Below are positions 1 through 8,908 of a stretch of DNA of 64,000 nt, in pieces. The notes beneath the pieces are model-generated. The model did not search any database. It was given only the letters and a program-made list of their open reading frames with translations, and had not been told where the DNA came from. The position numbers and the translations under genes are program-made. The stretch lies in NCBI GenBank assembly GCA_038397965.1, contig JARGFA010000017.1:50959-114958 (forward strand), read 5' to 3'. This DNA is from Treponema sp. Its GTDB lineage: Bacteria > Spirochaetota > Spirochaetia > Treponematales > Treponemataceae. The number at the start of each line of letters is the position of its first letter. Position 1 is the first letter of the stretch.

Positions 1-2316
1 AAGATAAAAATTATGACTGACGGAATCTTATTGCAGGAGATGAAGCTGGATCCGTGGCTCAGCAAGTATTCCGTGATTATGGTGGATGAGGCGCATGAGC
101 GCAGTTTGAATATTGACTTTATCCTCGGTCTTCTCAAGCGCATCTTGCAGGAACGGCATGATTTTAAAGTCATCATTTCGTCCGCGACCATCAACACCGA
201 TATGTTTTCCATGTATTTTAACGAATGCCCCGTTATCAAAATTGATGCGGTAACCTATCCGGTTACGCTCATTTTCGATCCTCCCGCCGTAACCGCTTCA
301 ACAGAAACACTTGCAGCGGAAACCGCTTTGCTCGATAAAATCGCCGTTATTGTCGGGCGGATTTTAAGCGAGGGACGCAGCGGAGCCATTCTCGTGTTCC
401 TGCCGGGAGAGCGGGCTATAAAAAACTGTATTGAGCGGCTCTCAAACGAACCGTGGTTCCGTAAGCTCTATCCGCTGCCTCTTTACGGACGCTTGAGCAA
501 GGAGGAGCAGGAGCGGGTTTTTAAATCCCCGCCGTTCGGTAAAAAAAAGATTGTTATCGCAACGAATATTGCCGAAACGTCAATCACCATTAACGATATT
601 GCCGCTGTCATCGATTCGGGGCTGGCAAAACTGAATTTTTACAATCCGTTCACATATACGGCAAGTTTGGACGAAACACCGGTGTCTAAGGCCTCCTGTA
701 ATCAGCGGCGGGGTAGGGCAGGCAGAACGCAGGCGGGGGTTTGCTACCGCCTGTACACCCGCAAGGATTTTGAAACCCGCACAATGTACACTACGGAAGA
801 AATCTACCGCACCGATTTATCCGAAGTAGTGATGCGGATGGCGGAACTCGGTATTTATGACTTTGCAAATTTCGATTTTATTTCTCCGCCCGGAAAAAAA
901 GGCATTATCGGGGCAGTCGATACCTTGAATATGCTGGGGGCATTGGAGCCCGATAACAGCTTGAGTAAGATCGGCCAAATGATGTGTCTTTTTCCGCTCA
1001 GCCCGCGCCAGTCCCGTATGATAGTGGAAGCGGTGCTCTATTATCCTGAATCGATTGAAGACGTACTTATTGCAGCGGGTTTTTTATCGGCACGCAGTCC
1101 GTTTCTGTTCCCGGACGGTAAGGAGCTTGAGGCGCGCAAGGCTCATGCGGCTTTTAGCGATCCGCTCGGGGACTTTGTGTCGTTTTTGAAAGTGTACCGT
1201 CAGTATACGGCAGCGGAAAATCAGAAACGCTTTTGCGAACGCGCCTATCTTGACGAGCGTATTATGGCTGAAATTGCTAACATAAAAGAGCAGCTGGAAT
1301 TGATTGTTTCCGATATGGGTGTGCCGATCTTATCCGGCGGTAAGATGGAGCACTATTTGACGGCGGTTGCCCGCGGGATGATTCAATTTGTCTGTGCGGC
1401 GCAGGGGCGGGATGTATACCGGAGCCTTACAACGGAAAAAATTTCTATTCATCCGGGTTCCTGTATGTACAAAGAGCATCAGCCGTACATCGTAGCCGGA
1501 GAAATTGTGCGCACGTCGCGGATGTATGCCATGTCCGTTTCTCCGCTTTCAAAACAGATTGTTGCCCTTGTTGCCCCTGCGCTGCTGGATAAAAAACAGG
1601 GAGCAAAAGCAGCACCGGAAAAGACCGGACGGAACGGCACCGAGCGGGGAAAAGAAGCCTGCTCCGGTGATTCGGCAAAACGCGAAGCCGCAACAGGTAA
1701 AGCGGCTGCAAGCGGCAAGACGGCTGAACCGCAGACGGTTTCCATTTGCGGAGTGCCGTATGCCGTACAGAAGATAAAAGGGAAAAAACATCTCATTCTG
1801 CCTTTGGAGCAGTTCACCCGCACCGTTGCACAGCTTCAAACCCTGCTTAACCGCGAAGCAACGGATTTTAGTGTGTATGACGGCCAGCTTGAGCAGCTGA
1901 AAAATCTCAAGGCAAAGATTACGGTAAACGGCTATGAGCTTTTGACTGGGGAAAAGTTCGATCTTGTACTGAACATTGCTTCCGCTTTTCCGCTTGAGCC
2001 GCTTGAATCGGAGACGGCCTTTCCCCGCAGCAAGAACTTTTCGCTGCCTGAAGATACCGCCGGTCTGCTTGAGCAGCTGCCGCTCCTTTTCCGCACTACG
2101 GTGGCAAAGCAAAAGAGTAAGCAGCTCGGCTTTATAACCCTTTTTAATGACGGAAACGGTATGTTCTGGCTGAAAACCTCACGAGGCTTCCATACCGCTT
2201 TGCATGAAAACCTTGCTTCAATCCAGCAGCTGATTGATACGGCCGGTTCGCACTTTGATGAATCGCAAACCGCCGCAGTGAATGCGCTTTATAGTAAGAT
2301 GTCGCGGTTGATATAA
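1..2316 (+). CDS. hrpA: ATP-dependent RNA helicase HrpA-like (DEAH box), 5' end outside window
   Basis: DEAH, SAT, TNIAETSITI and QRRGRAGR helicase motifs plus HA2-like region; frame open from base 1 (KIKIMTDG), so the listed ATG13 is internal. Confidence 0.9.
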   Translation, partial: KIKIMTDGILLQEMKLDPWLSKYSVIMVDEAHERSLNIDFILGLLKRILQERHDFKVIISSATINTDMFSMYFNECPVIKIDAVTYPVTLIFDPPAVTASTETLAAETALLDKIAVIVGRILSEGRSGAILVFLPGERAIKNCIERLSNEPWFRKLYPLPLYGRLSKEEQERVFKSPPFGKKKIVIATNIAETSITINDIAAVIDSGLAKLNFYNPFTYTASLDETPVSKASCNQRRGRAGRTQAGVCYRLYTRKDFETRTMYTTEEIYRTDLSEVVMRMAELGIYDFANFDFISPPGKKGIIGAVDTLNMLGALEPDNSLSKIGQMMCLFPLSPRQSRMIVEAVLYYPESIEDVLIAAGFLSARSPFLFPDGKELEARKAHAAFSDPLGDFVSFLKVYRQYTAAENQKRFCERAYLDERIMAEIANIKEQLELIVSDMGVPILSGGKMEHYLTAVARGMIQFVCAAQGRDVYRSLTTEKISIHPGSCMYKEHQPYIVAGEIVRTSRMYAMSVSPLSKQIVALVAPALLDKKQGAKAAPEKTGRNGTERGKEACSGDSAKREAATGKAAASGKTAEPQTVSICGVPYAVQKIKGKKHLILPLEQFTRTVAQLQTLLNREATDFSVYDGQLEQLKNLKAKITVNGYELLTGEKFDLVLNIASAFPLEPLESETAFPRSKNFSLPEDTAGLLEQLPLLFRTTVAKQKSKQLGFITLFNDGNGMFWLKTSRGFHTALHENLASIQQLIDTAGSHFDESQTAAVNALYSKMSRLI

Positions 2317-2441
2317 ATAAACGCTACGGAGCAGCAGTTTCTTGAATACGGTTTTAGCGTATTTCTGTCTGCTCTAATAATCCTGTTGCTCTTAAGTGAG
2401 GTTGATAAAACTGTAGTGAAAAAGTAAGCATAGAAAATAAA

Positions 2442-2467
2442 AAAGCCCAATCATTTGATTGGGCTTT
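2442..2467 (-). terminator. Rho-independent terminator of tRNA-Asn
   Basis: Perfect 12-bp inverted repeat aaagcccaatca-tt-tgattgggcttt followed on the minus strand by a T-rich run. Confidence 0.85.
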
Positions 2468-2471
2468 GAAG

Positions 2472-2544
2472 CTCCCCCGCGCGGGTTCGAACCACGGACC
2501 CAGTGGTTAACAGCCACTTGCTCTGCCTGCTGAGCTACAGGGGA
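2472..2544 (-). tRNA. tRNA-Asn (GTT)
   Basis: Reverse complement folds into a cloverleaf: TCCCCTG/CGGGGGA acceptor stem, anticodon loop CTGTTAA, TTCGAAC T-loop; CCA not encoded. Confidence 0.97.
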
Positions 2545-2568
2545 ATGTTTTGATTAACTATGTATATA

Positions 2569-2597
2569 GTTATATACGAAACAAAAAAAAATGTCAA
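2569..2597 (-). promoter_or_regulatory. sigma70 promoter of tRNA-Asn
   Basis: TTGACA-17 bp-TATAAC on the minus strand. Confidence 0.75.
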
Positions 2598-2623
2598 GTA
2601 CAAAAAGTTTTTTTTTGACGGTC

Positions 2624-3208
2624 TTAAAAATTCGCAAGGAAATACATTCCAAGAAAGATTGCAAGACGTGCTTTTTCTACTGACATTTGCGGTTGCCCCA
2701 TAAGGCATTCGATATAATACCAAAATAAACCGAAATCAGGATCAATACGGATTGCATAGTCTAAAAAATTTCCCGTATCAATTTGCCGTCCGAAAAGCAG
2801 CAATACTACATCTCTTAACACTCCCAGACACTCAGGAAGTAAACCGGCATAATTAATCGTATCATCTGTAGGTATCATTGATTTGCAAAAATATTGTAAC
2901 CGGTAGAGAATATCATCTTTTAATTCTTCGCCTGATTGTTCAACCCATGTTTTTTCAACAAGAAGCCGAACATTTTTTTCAAAACTTTTGATTAAGCTGA
3001 TTTGATTGCTCTGTGTTTCTGCAGCATTACCGATAAACACCTGCTCAAACGGACAGCCTGTATGAAAGGCGCGTGCAATGAGAAGGGCGTGCGAAGAAAG
3101 CGTTTCAGGATCATTTGTGGTTAAAAAATTCGGAAGATATTCAATAGCTGCTTTTTTGACCGGTTCCGGTAGAAGATAGTCATCATTATTAAAGATAGAT
3201 TGTTGCAT
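2624..3208 (-). CDS. Hypothetical protein (194 aa)
   Basis: Fills the gap between two tRNAs with normal composition; no motif recognised. Confidence 0.75.
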   Translation of the reverse strand: MQQSIFNNDDYLLPEPVKKAAIEYLPNFLTTNDPETLSSHALLIARAFHTGCPFEQVFIGNAAETQSNQISLIKSFEKNVRLLVEKTWVEQSGEELKDDILYRLQYFCKSMIPTDDTINYAGLLPECLGVLRDVVLLLFGRQIDTGNFLDYAIRIDPDFGLFWYYIECLMGQPQMSVEKARLAIFLGMYFLANF

Positions 3209-3328
3209 AGTTAAATATGCGCTTTAATTTAAATTTCGTCAACCCCTTATCCGGTAGCAAAGTTATCTGTTGAATATAATGATTTACATGAAATAACAAT
3301 AGGAAAAATAAAACAGAAGATATAAAAA

Positions 3329-3400
3329 AGCGGATGAAGGGAGTCGAACCCTCGTCTCCAGCTTGGAAGGCTGGGGTAATAGCCGTTATACGACATCCGC
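3329..3400 (-). tRNA. tRNA-Gly (TCC)
   Basis: GCGGATG/CATCCGC acceptor stem, CCAGC-CTTCCAA-GCTGG anticodon arm, TTCGACT T-loop. Confidence 0.97.
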
Positions 3401-3413
3401 AAAAACAAGAGCG

Positions 3414-3442
3414 ATTATAGTAGGTAATAAGTACCTTGTCAA
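3414..3442 (-). promoter_or_regulatory. Consensus sigma70 promoter of tRNA-Gly
   Basis: Perfect TTGACA-17 bp-TATAAT. Confidence 0.85.
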
Positions 3443-3459
3443 GTCTTTTTATTATTCTT

Positions 3460-4488
3460 TTACATTTTTTTAAGAATGAGGGCTGCCTGATAGAGTGATT
3501 CAAGATTATGCCTCATAACAGATAGATAGATATCGGCCGGTGTGCCTTCAACCGGAACGGGAGAACTGAGTGCTTCCAGCTCAATATATATTCCGCCTGA
3601 TTCGGTGATACAGCTGACAATAGTTTCAGAGGCAGAGGATGCAATAAAGATTTCCGTCCCGCCGCTGACAATCAGGTTTTGCAGAGTCATCAGGTCTGCT
3701 TTTGTATAATCGTATCCGTCTTTAAAAAGGTAGTCGGAAACGTAGAGATTAAAATTGCCGGTTAAGTAGATATAATCCGGAGAAAGGAGTGCTACTGAAC
3801 CGATATCCGCTTCCAGCAGTTTTTCTTCATATTCTGTCTGCAAAGCGGTGATATGCCGGAGGTAATTGTCCCGATTGTTTTGAATAGCCGGCCGGTATGC
3901 AGGAGCCATACGGATGAGGCTGTCTGCAATTATTTCGGTCATCTTTGCACCGTTTGAAAGGCTGAGCCAGATAGAGGGCAATACTTCTCCATTACCGGCA
4001 GAAAAACGGCCGGCTTCGAATCCTTCACGGGCGGTCGGGATTTTGAGGGTGGAAACACCGGCAATAGCAGGATTTAAGGGTTCTGCAATATCAAGCGGAA
4101 CGGCAAAGATATTATGCAGAGCTGTGTATGTGTAAAGTGGATCATTCTTCCAGATGCTTTTTAAGGTTAGCACTGCATCGGCTTTCAATGCTATTTTTTT
4201 GAAGGATTCTGTATGGTATGCTTCCTTAAAATATGCACTTTGGTCTTCCATACCACAGTCTTCTGCAGGTATATATACGATTTCGATGGGTGTGTTCTTG
4301 ACCAGATTTAAAGCGATGGAATAGGCGGGCTGCAATGAGGTTATGATGCAAAGAGGCTGTCTGCCCGGTTCTGCACTGATCAAAAGGGGAAGAGTAAAGA
4401 GTAAAGCGGTCATCGTGTTTTGTAAGGGCCGTATGCAGCCGAGCCGTTTGCGGCACCGTATGATGAATAAGGGAGAGAAAATAAACAT
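3460..4488 (-). CDS. Second, atypical metal ABC substrate-binding protein (ZnuA fold, FpvF-like)
   Basis: Last gene of the ABC operon, AAGGAG RBS 5 nt upstream; ADAVLTLKSIWKNDPLY and PSIWLSLSN segments resemble FpvF; the canonical His ligands are not apparent. Confidence 0.75.
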   Translation of the reverse strand: MFIFSPLFIIRCRKRLGCIRPLQNTMTALLFTLPLLISAEPGRQPLCIITSLQPAYSIALNLVKNTPIEIVYIPAEDCGMEDQSAYFKEAYHTESFKKIALKADAVLTLKSIWKNDPLYTYTALHNIFAVPLDIAEPLNPAIAGVSTLKIPTAREGFEAGRFSAGNGEVLPSIWLSLSNGAKMTEIIADSLIRMAPAYRPAIQNNRDNYLRHITALQTEYEEKLLEADIGSVALLSPDYIYLTGNFNLYVSDYLFKDGYDYTKADLMTLQNLIVSGGTEIFIASSASETIVSCITESGGIYIELEALSSPVPVEGTPADIYLSVMRHNLESLYQAALILKKM

Positions 4489-4497
4489 ACCGGCTCC

Positions 4498-5403
4498 TTA
4501 TATCTTTGTACCCTTGCAGTGTGCCGATAGTATACGGATACTAGTGGTAATGATAAAAATACCTGAAGCAACGAGTATAACGGCACTGCCCGAAGGTACG
4601 GGAATTTCAAACAGAATAGGGATGAGAACTCCTGCTGTACAGCTGGCAACCGAAAACAGCACACTGTACATAAAAAATGATTCTAAAGATTTTGCAATAT
4701 TCCGGGCTGAGGAAGCCGGTATCAGCAGAAGCGCTTCGACCAATATCGCCCCGATTATTTTGACGGATGCAACGGTGATAAGCGTAATCACAATGACGAA
4801 GAGATAGTCGAGAAGAATGACGTTTATTCCCCGCACCTGTGCAAGGGCAGGATTGAAACTGGCAGCAAGCATTTTGTTAAAAAGTGGAATACCTATGCTG
4901 CAGCATATAACTGCGGTTATGAGGAGGATGAGAAGGTCTAAATCGTCAATCGTTAATATTGAGCCGAATAATATTCCGTCAAGGATATGAGCATTTACCT
5001 TTGTAACAACAAACAAGAGCAAGGCAGACCCGCATCCGAGTGAGATGGAAAGAAAAACGCCGGTAATGGTGTCGCTATTCATTTTTGTATTGTTTTTAGT
5101 GTAATTCATGATAATGCCGAACAGAATACAAAACGAAAATAAGGAAATATACGGTGCGGTAAAAGGTTCTCCAAGTAGGATGCCGGCTGCAATACCGGTT
5201 AAAGCTGCATTGCCTATTGCATTGGAGAAAAATGCCATACGCTTAATTACAATCATGGTACCGATTCCTCCTAAAACAGGCGATATGATAAGCGATGCAA
5301 GTAAGCTGTTTACAAAGAATGCATAGGAGAAGACGTGCGGAATTGATCCCTGCACCGCTAATGCAGCAAGACTGCTTCTCACCGCCTCAAGTGCCGTACT
5401 CAT
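4498..5403 (-). CDS. Metal ABC transporter permease (ZnuB/FpvE-like)
   Basis: Multi-TM protein with RMAFFSNAIGNAALTG and KIIGAILVEALLLIP ABC-3 motifs. Confidence 0.9.
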   Translation of the reverse strand: MSTALEAVRSSLAALAVQGSIPHVFSYAFFVNSLLASLIISPVLGGIGTMIVIKRMAFFSNAIGNAALTGIAAGILLGEPFTAPYISLFSFCILFGIIMNYTKNNTKMNSDTITGVFLSISLGCGSALLLFVVTKVNAHILDGILFGSILTIDDLDLLILLITAVICCSIGIPLFNKMLAASFNPALAQVRGINVILLDYLFVIVITLITVASVKIIGAILVEALLLIPASSARNIAKSLESFFMYSVLFSVASCTAGVLIPILFEIPVPSGSAVILVASGIFIITTSIRILSAHCKGTKI

Positions 5404-6149
5404 ATTTTCCTCGCATCTTGCCGGAATACGGTATCCGGCAGATAGGTTTCTGCCTTGCCTGAAAAGACAAGCGTTTTGTTAATGCAGGTAATGGTATCCG
5501 CCATTTTTTTTGCCTGCTGTAAATCATGATTAATCCACACAATGGTAATCCCCCTGTTTGCCGCATATCTTAATATCCGCTCAAAGATGCCGGTAAAGCT
5601 GCTGTCGACCCCTGCAAGCGGTTCATCCAGTACTAGTAAGTCTGGCATGGGAAAGAGTGCTTGGGCTAGCAATACCCGCTGCATTTCTCCCCCTGAAAGC
5701 TGTCCCAAAAGCCGTTGTTCTTTTGTATCCATACCGGCAATTTTTAAACAGAGCTGCACTGTCCGCTTTTTGCCTGCTGCCGGTCCTAAAAAAGCCGGCT
5801 TTTTTTGCAGCAGCATACTCATAAAATTACCGACAGAGATGGGAAGGGTTCTATCAAAATCTAAAACCTGCGGCATATATCCGGTCTGCGTTTTTTTAGT
5901 ATTATAGAGTGCAATCTCCCCTGTATGCGGCATTTGTCCAAGCAAGCATTTTAATAGACTGGTTTTACCGCTGCCGTTTGTTCCGATAATGCAGTGAATT
6001 TCGCCCGGCCTGACTGTAAAAGAAATATCTTTTAAAAGAGCGGTCCCGTTGAGTGTAAGCGATACCTTTTCAAAACGGATACGCGGGCCGTGTACCGGAG
6101 TGTTGCTGTGCAGGGTAAAGAGTTCATCTAAAGCGGTTTCAACTTGCAT
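5400..6149 (-). CDS. Metal ABC transporter ATP-binding protein (ZnuC/FpvD-like)
   Basis: Walker A GTNGSGKT, signature LSGGE, Walker B LLVLDEP; overlaps the permease start by 4 bp. Confidence 0.92.
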   Translation of the reverse strand: MQVETALDELFTLHSNTPVHGPRIRFEKVSLTLNGTALLKDISFTVRPGEIHCIIGTNGSGKTSLLKCLLGQMPHTGEIALYNTKKTQTGYMPQVLDFDRTLPISVGNFMSMLLQKKPAFLGPAAGKKRTVQLCLKIAGMDTKEQRLLGQLSGGEMQRVLLAQALFPMPDLLVLDEPLAGVDSSFTGIFERILRYAANRGITIVWINHDLQQAKKMADTITCINKTLVFSGKAETYLPDTVFRQDARKI

Positions 6150-6151
6150 CG

Positions 6152-7081
6152 CTAGCCTGCTTTTTTCTTATTATGAATAGCGGTAATAGCAGCAGTTAAG
6201 TTTTCCAAATTTTTAATAAGCCCTTGTTCAAAATTGTCTGCCGTATATTCCCCGTAGGTTAGATGGGACAGCTCTGAAACGACGACTTCTGTTTCCCGCT
6301 GAATGGTTTCAGCAAGTTTGCCGCTATAGTTTGCTTCGGTGAACAGAACATCAACGCCGAGCCGTTTGATAGTATCTATTGTTTCTTTCAGCTGCGCGGC
6401 TGTGGGGTTTGCGCCGTGTGCAGGTTCAATAACGGCACTGACACGCAAACCGAATTCTTGTAAAAGATAATCATAGCCGCCGTGAAGAGTTGCATACAGA
6501 AACTCCGAACTGCGGATAGACTCCAGTTTTTTTAGATAAGCAGCTTTTATTGTCCGCAGTTTTTTTGCATAAGCTTGTGTGTTTTTGCGGTAAAATGCGG
6601 CATTTTTTGGGTCTAACTTCTGCAGATGTTTACTGATTGTGTAGATTTGCTGAATGGACGCCTGCACGGATATGAACGTATGCGGATTGACAATACGTTC
6701 AACGGAGTTATATCCTGCTACCGGAATGAGCGGAACTTCTTCGTTTGCATAGATGAGGGGCAGCTGTCCTTTCTTATTTGATGCCTTAATGATTTGAAAG
6801 GCAAATTCATCGTGTCCGATTCCGTTCACAACAAGGCAATCGAGGCTGTCTACCTTTTTAATATCTTCCGGCAGGGGATTGTACGCATGAGAATTTGAAG
6901 AGGCGGCAATAAGCGGAGTAACCCGGGCTGCATCTTGTACGATATTTTTTACAAAACTATAGTAAGGGTGCAGTGTAATGCCGATGTTGAGTGTTCTTTC
7001 CGATGCTGTGGCAGTCCAGAGTATTCCATATACTAACAGTCCGCAGAGTATATGCCGTATCTTTTTTGCCGTCATATTCAT
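6152..7081 (-). CDS. Metal ABC substrate-binding protein (Zn/Mn/Fe family, FpvC-like)
   Basis: GITLHPYYS, HAYNP, NGIGHDEF, VNPHTF, EPAHG and LSHLTYGEY motifs; start moved to ATG7081, which has AAGGAG 6 nt upstream. Confidence 0.9.
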   Translation of the reverse strand: MNMTAKKIRHILCGLLVYGILWTATASERTLNIGITLHPYYSFVKNIVQDAARVTPLIAASSNSHAYNPLPEDIKKVDSLDCLVVNGIGHDEFAFQIIKASNKKGQLPLIYANEEVPLIPVAGYNSVERIVNPHTFISVQASIQQIYTISKHLQKLDPKNAAFYRKNTQAYAKKLRTIKAAYLKKLESIRSSEFLYATLHGGYDYLLQEFGLRVSAVIEPAHGANPTAAQLKETIDTIKRLGVDVLFTEANYSGKLAETIQRETEVVVSELSHLTYGEYTADNFEQGLIKNLENLTAAITAIHNKKKAG

Positions 7082-7082
7082 A

Positions 7083-7712
7083 TTATACTCCTTTTGTCCG
7101 CTTCCGCTCGTCATTCCCGGTATATGGAACCGCTTCTTTCCATCCTGCCTGTATGAGTGCCGAATGAGAAAACAGATTAAATGGAACCCCAACCGGTTGT
7201 TTTGTGTACCAAATAGAATAGGTTAATGCCGCTGTTTCTTTCTGTTCACTGAACTGTGCGGTGCTGTGCTCAGGTTCAGAAAACAAGAGGATAAAAGAAC
7301 CCGTATTTTCGGCAGACGATATACCGACATAGGCACAGTAAGAAATTCCTTCGGTATTTATGCCGGTGTATTGTGTCCAGCGGAGTGCACCTTGGGTATT
7401 CCATACACTATCTTGCACAAAGGGAGGAATCAGCAAGGTTTCCAATTCGTGTACCGGCATCCAGTACTTAGCATCCTCATGGACAGCGGTAATCTCTTCC
7501 TGTGCGGCGGCTAAATTCCCGTAAATAGCTTGTTCATTGGAAGACAGTTCATGAAAGACACGTATCTGTGCGGCAGTGATTGTAGCGGATACGTTTTTTC
7601 TTTGATGTAGGGTAATAAGTATCCCCGCAATACAGAGAATACCGATTACGGCTGCCGAAACAAAAAGAGATTCCCGTGTATGGTGTGAAGGCAGAATAAT
7701 TTCTTTTTCCAT
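7083..7712 (-). CDS. Single-TM accessory protein, DUF6162/FpvK-like
   Basis: N-terminal TM, LSSNEQAIYGNL, PPFVQD and ALIQAGWKE segments; first gene of the ABC operon. Confidence 0.7.
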   Translation of the reverse strand: MEKEIILPSHHTRESLFVSAAVIGILCIAGILITLHQRKNVSATITAAQIRVFHELSSNEQAIYGNLAAAQEEITAVHEDAKYWMPVHELETLLIPPFVQDSVWNTQGALRWTQYTGINTEGISYCAYVGISSAENTGSFILLFSEPEHSTAQFSEQKETAALTYSIWYTKQPVGVPFNLFSHSALIQAGWKEAVPYTGNDERKRTKGV

Positions 7713-7761
7713 AAAATTAAATTACATAAGTAAGTTGCCTGTTATTGACAATGACAAGCGG

Positions 7762-7790
7762 ATTATAATTTTTTTCCGTGCCGCTGTCAA
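7762..7790 (-). promoter_or_regulatory. Consensus sigma70 promoter of the metal ABC operon
   Basis: Perfect TTGACA-17 bp-TATAAT, 49 bp upstream of ATG7712. Confidence 0.8.
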
Positions 7791-7910
7791 TTTCTTGTTT
7801 TGGCGTGCTCTTGACGGAACTTATTGTTTATCGGTAAACTAAGCTGCCTTTATTTACGTATATGGGTAAAGGGAGCGATTACAGTTTTATAAAATAAATA
7901 AGGAGGAGGT

Positions 7911-8849
7911 TTGGATACCTCATATACAATTGTACTGGAAGATCGGGCAGTTTTGTCTTCGGTGTGCGGTGCAAATGATCAAAACCTGCACATTTTTGAA
8001 GGCTATTTAGGCGCTCCCGTCATTAGTAGAGGAAATGAGATAACGGTTTTGACGTCAGATCAAACAGTCTGCAAAAAGTTTCAAAAACTCATTGACACTC
8101 TTTTAGAAAGTCCTGAAATTACCGCGCAAGATTCTGCCGATTTTATCGCAGCCCTTGTTGCAAATAGTATTCCGCACTCCCGTACGTTTTCATCGCAATG
8201 TATCCATATTCCCCGCGGCATAAAATCCGTCTACCCTAAAAACCGTACACAAGCGGCATTGGTGGATTCTATTTATGCCAATTATATTACGTTCGGTCTT
8301 GGGCCTGCCGGTACGGGGAAAACCTATATCGCTGTTGCGCTTGCCCTGAAAATGCTGCTGTCACGAAAGATGCGTAAGCTTATTTTGACACGGCCTGTGG
8401 TTGAGGCAGGAGAAAATTTAGGTTTTTTACCGGGAGATCTCGTGCAAAAGATTAACCCGTATCTGCGTCCGCTTTTTGATATCATGGAAACGCTGCTGCC
8501 TGCTGATGTGCTGCGGGGACTGGAGGAATCGAATATGATTGAAGTAGCTCCGCTTGCCTATATGCGCGGCCGTACCCTCCATAATGCAGCCGTTATCTTG
8601 GATGAAGCACAAAATACAACAAAAGAACAAATGAAGATGTTTTTGACCAGGATGGGCGAGGACACAAAACTCATTATTACCGGTGATCCCTCCCAATCCG
8701 ATATCCGGGGGAGGGGAGAGTCCGGGCTTTCCCATGCAGTTTCACTGCTTTCCGGGATTGAAGGAATAGGAATTATTGCGTTTTCTGCGGATGAGGTTGT
8801 CCGGCACTCGCTCGTACAAAAAATAATTACTGCGTATGAAGGAAAATAA
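7911..8849 (+). CDS. phoH: PhoH-family ATPase
   Basis: GPAGTGKT, RPVVEAGENLGFLPGDL, LAYMRGRTL, LDEAQN; AGGAGG RBS before the TTG start. Confidence 0.93.
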   Translation: MDTSYTIVLEDRAVLSSVCGANDQNLHIFEGYLGAPVISRGNEITVLTSDQTVCKKFQKLIDTLLESPEITAQDSADFIAALVANSIPHSRTFSSQCIHIPRGIKSVYPKNRTQAALVDSIYANYITFGLGPAGTGKTYIAVALALKMLLSRKMRKLILTRPVVEAGENLGFLPGDLVQKINPYLRPLFDIMETLLPADVLRGLEESNMIEVAPLAYMRGRTLHNAAVILDEAQNTTKEQMKMFLTRMGEDTKLIITGDPSQSDIRGRGESGLSHAVSLLSGIEGIGIIAFSADEVVRHSLVQKIITAYEGK

Positions 8850-8908
8850 GATCGTGCTTTCACAGATACACAATAGACAATCGTATATACCATTTCGGGA
8901 GTCCGAAA

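Noticed and set aside
2317-2427. 36-codon in-frame continuation after the hrpA stop, with a hydrophobic stretch (FLEYGFSVFLSALIILLLL)
   Set aside because: No start codon or RBS, and the length is compatible with chance. Read-through or a gene scar cannot be supported without homologues.
2442-3442. tRNA genes as possible integration sites
   Set aside because: No integrase and no duplicated tRNA 3' end (att site) was seen in the window.
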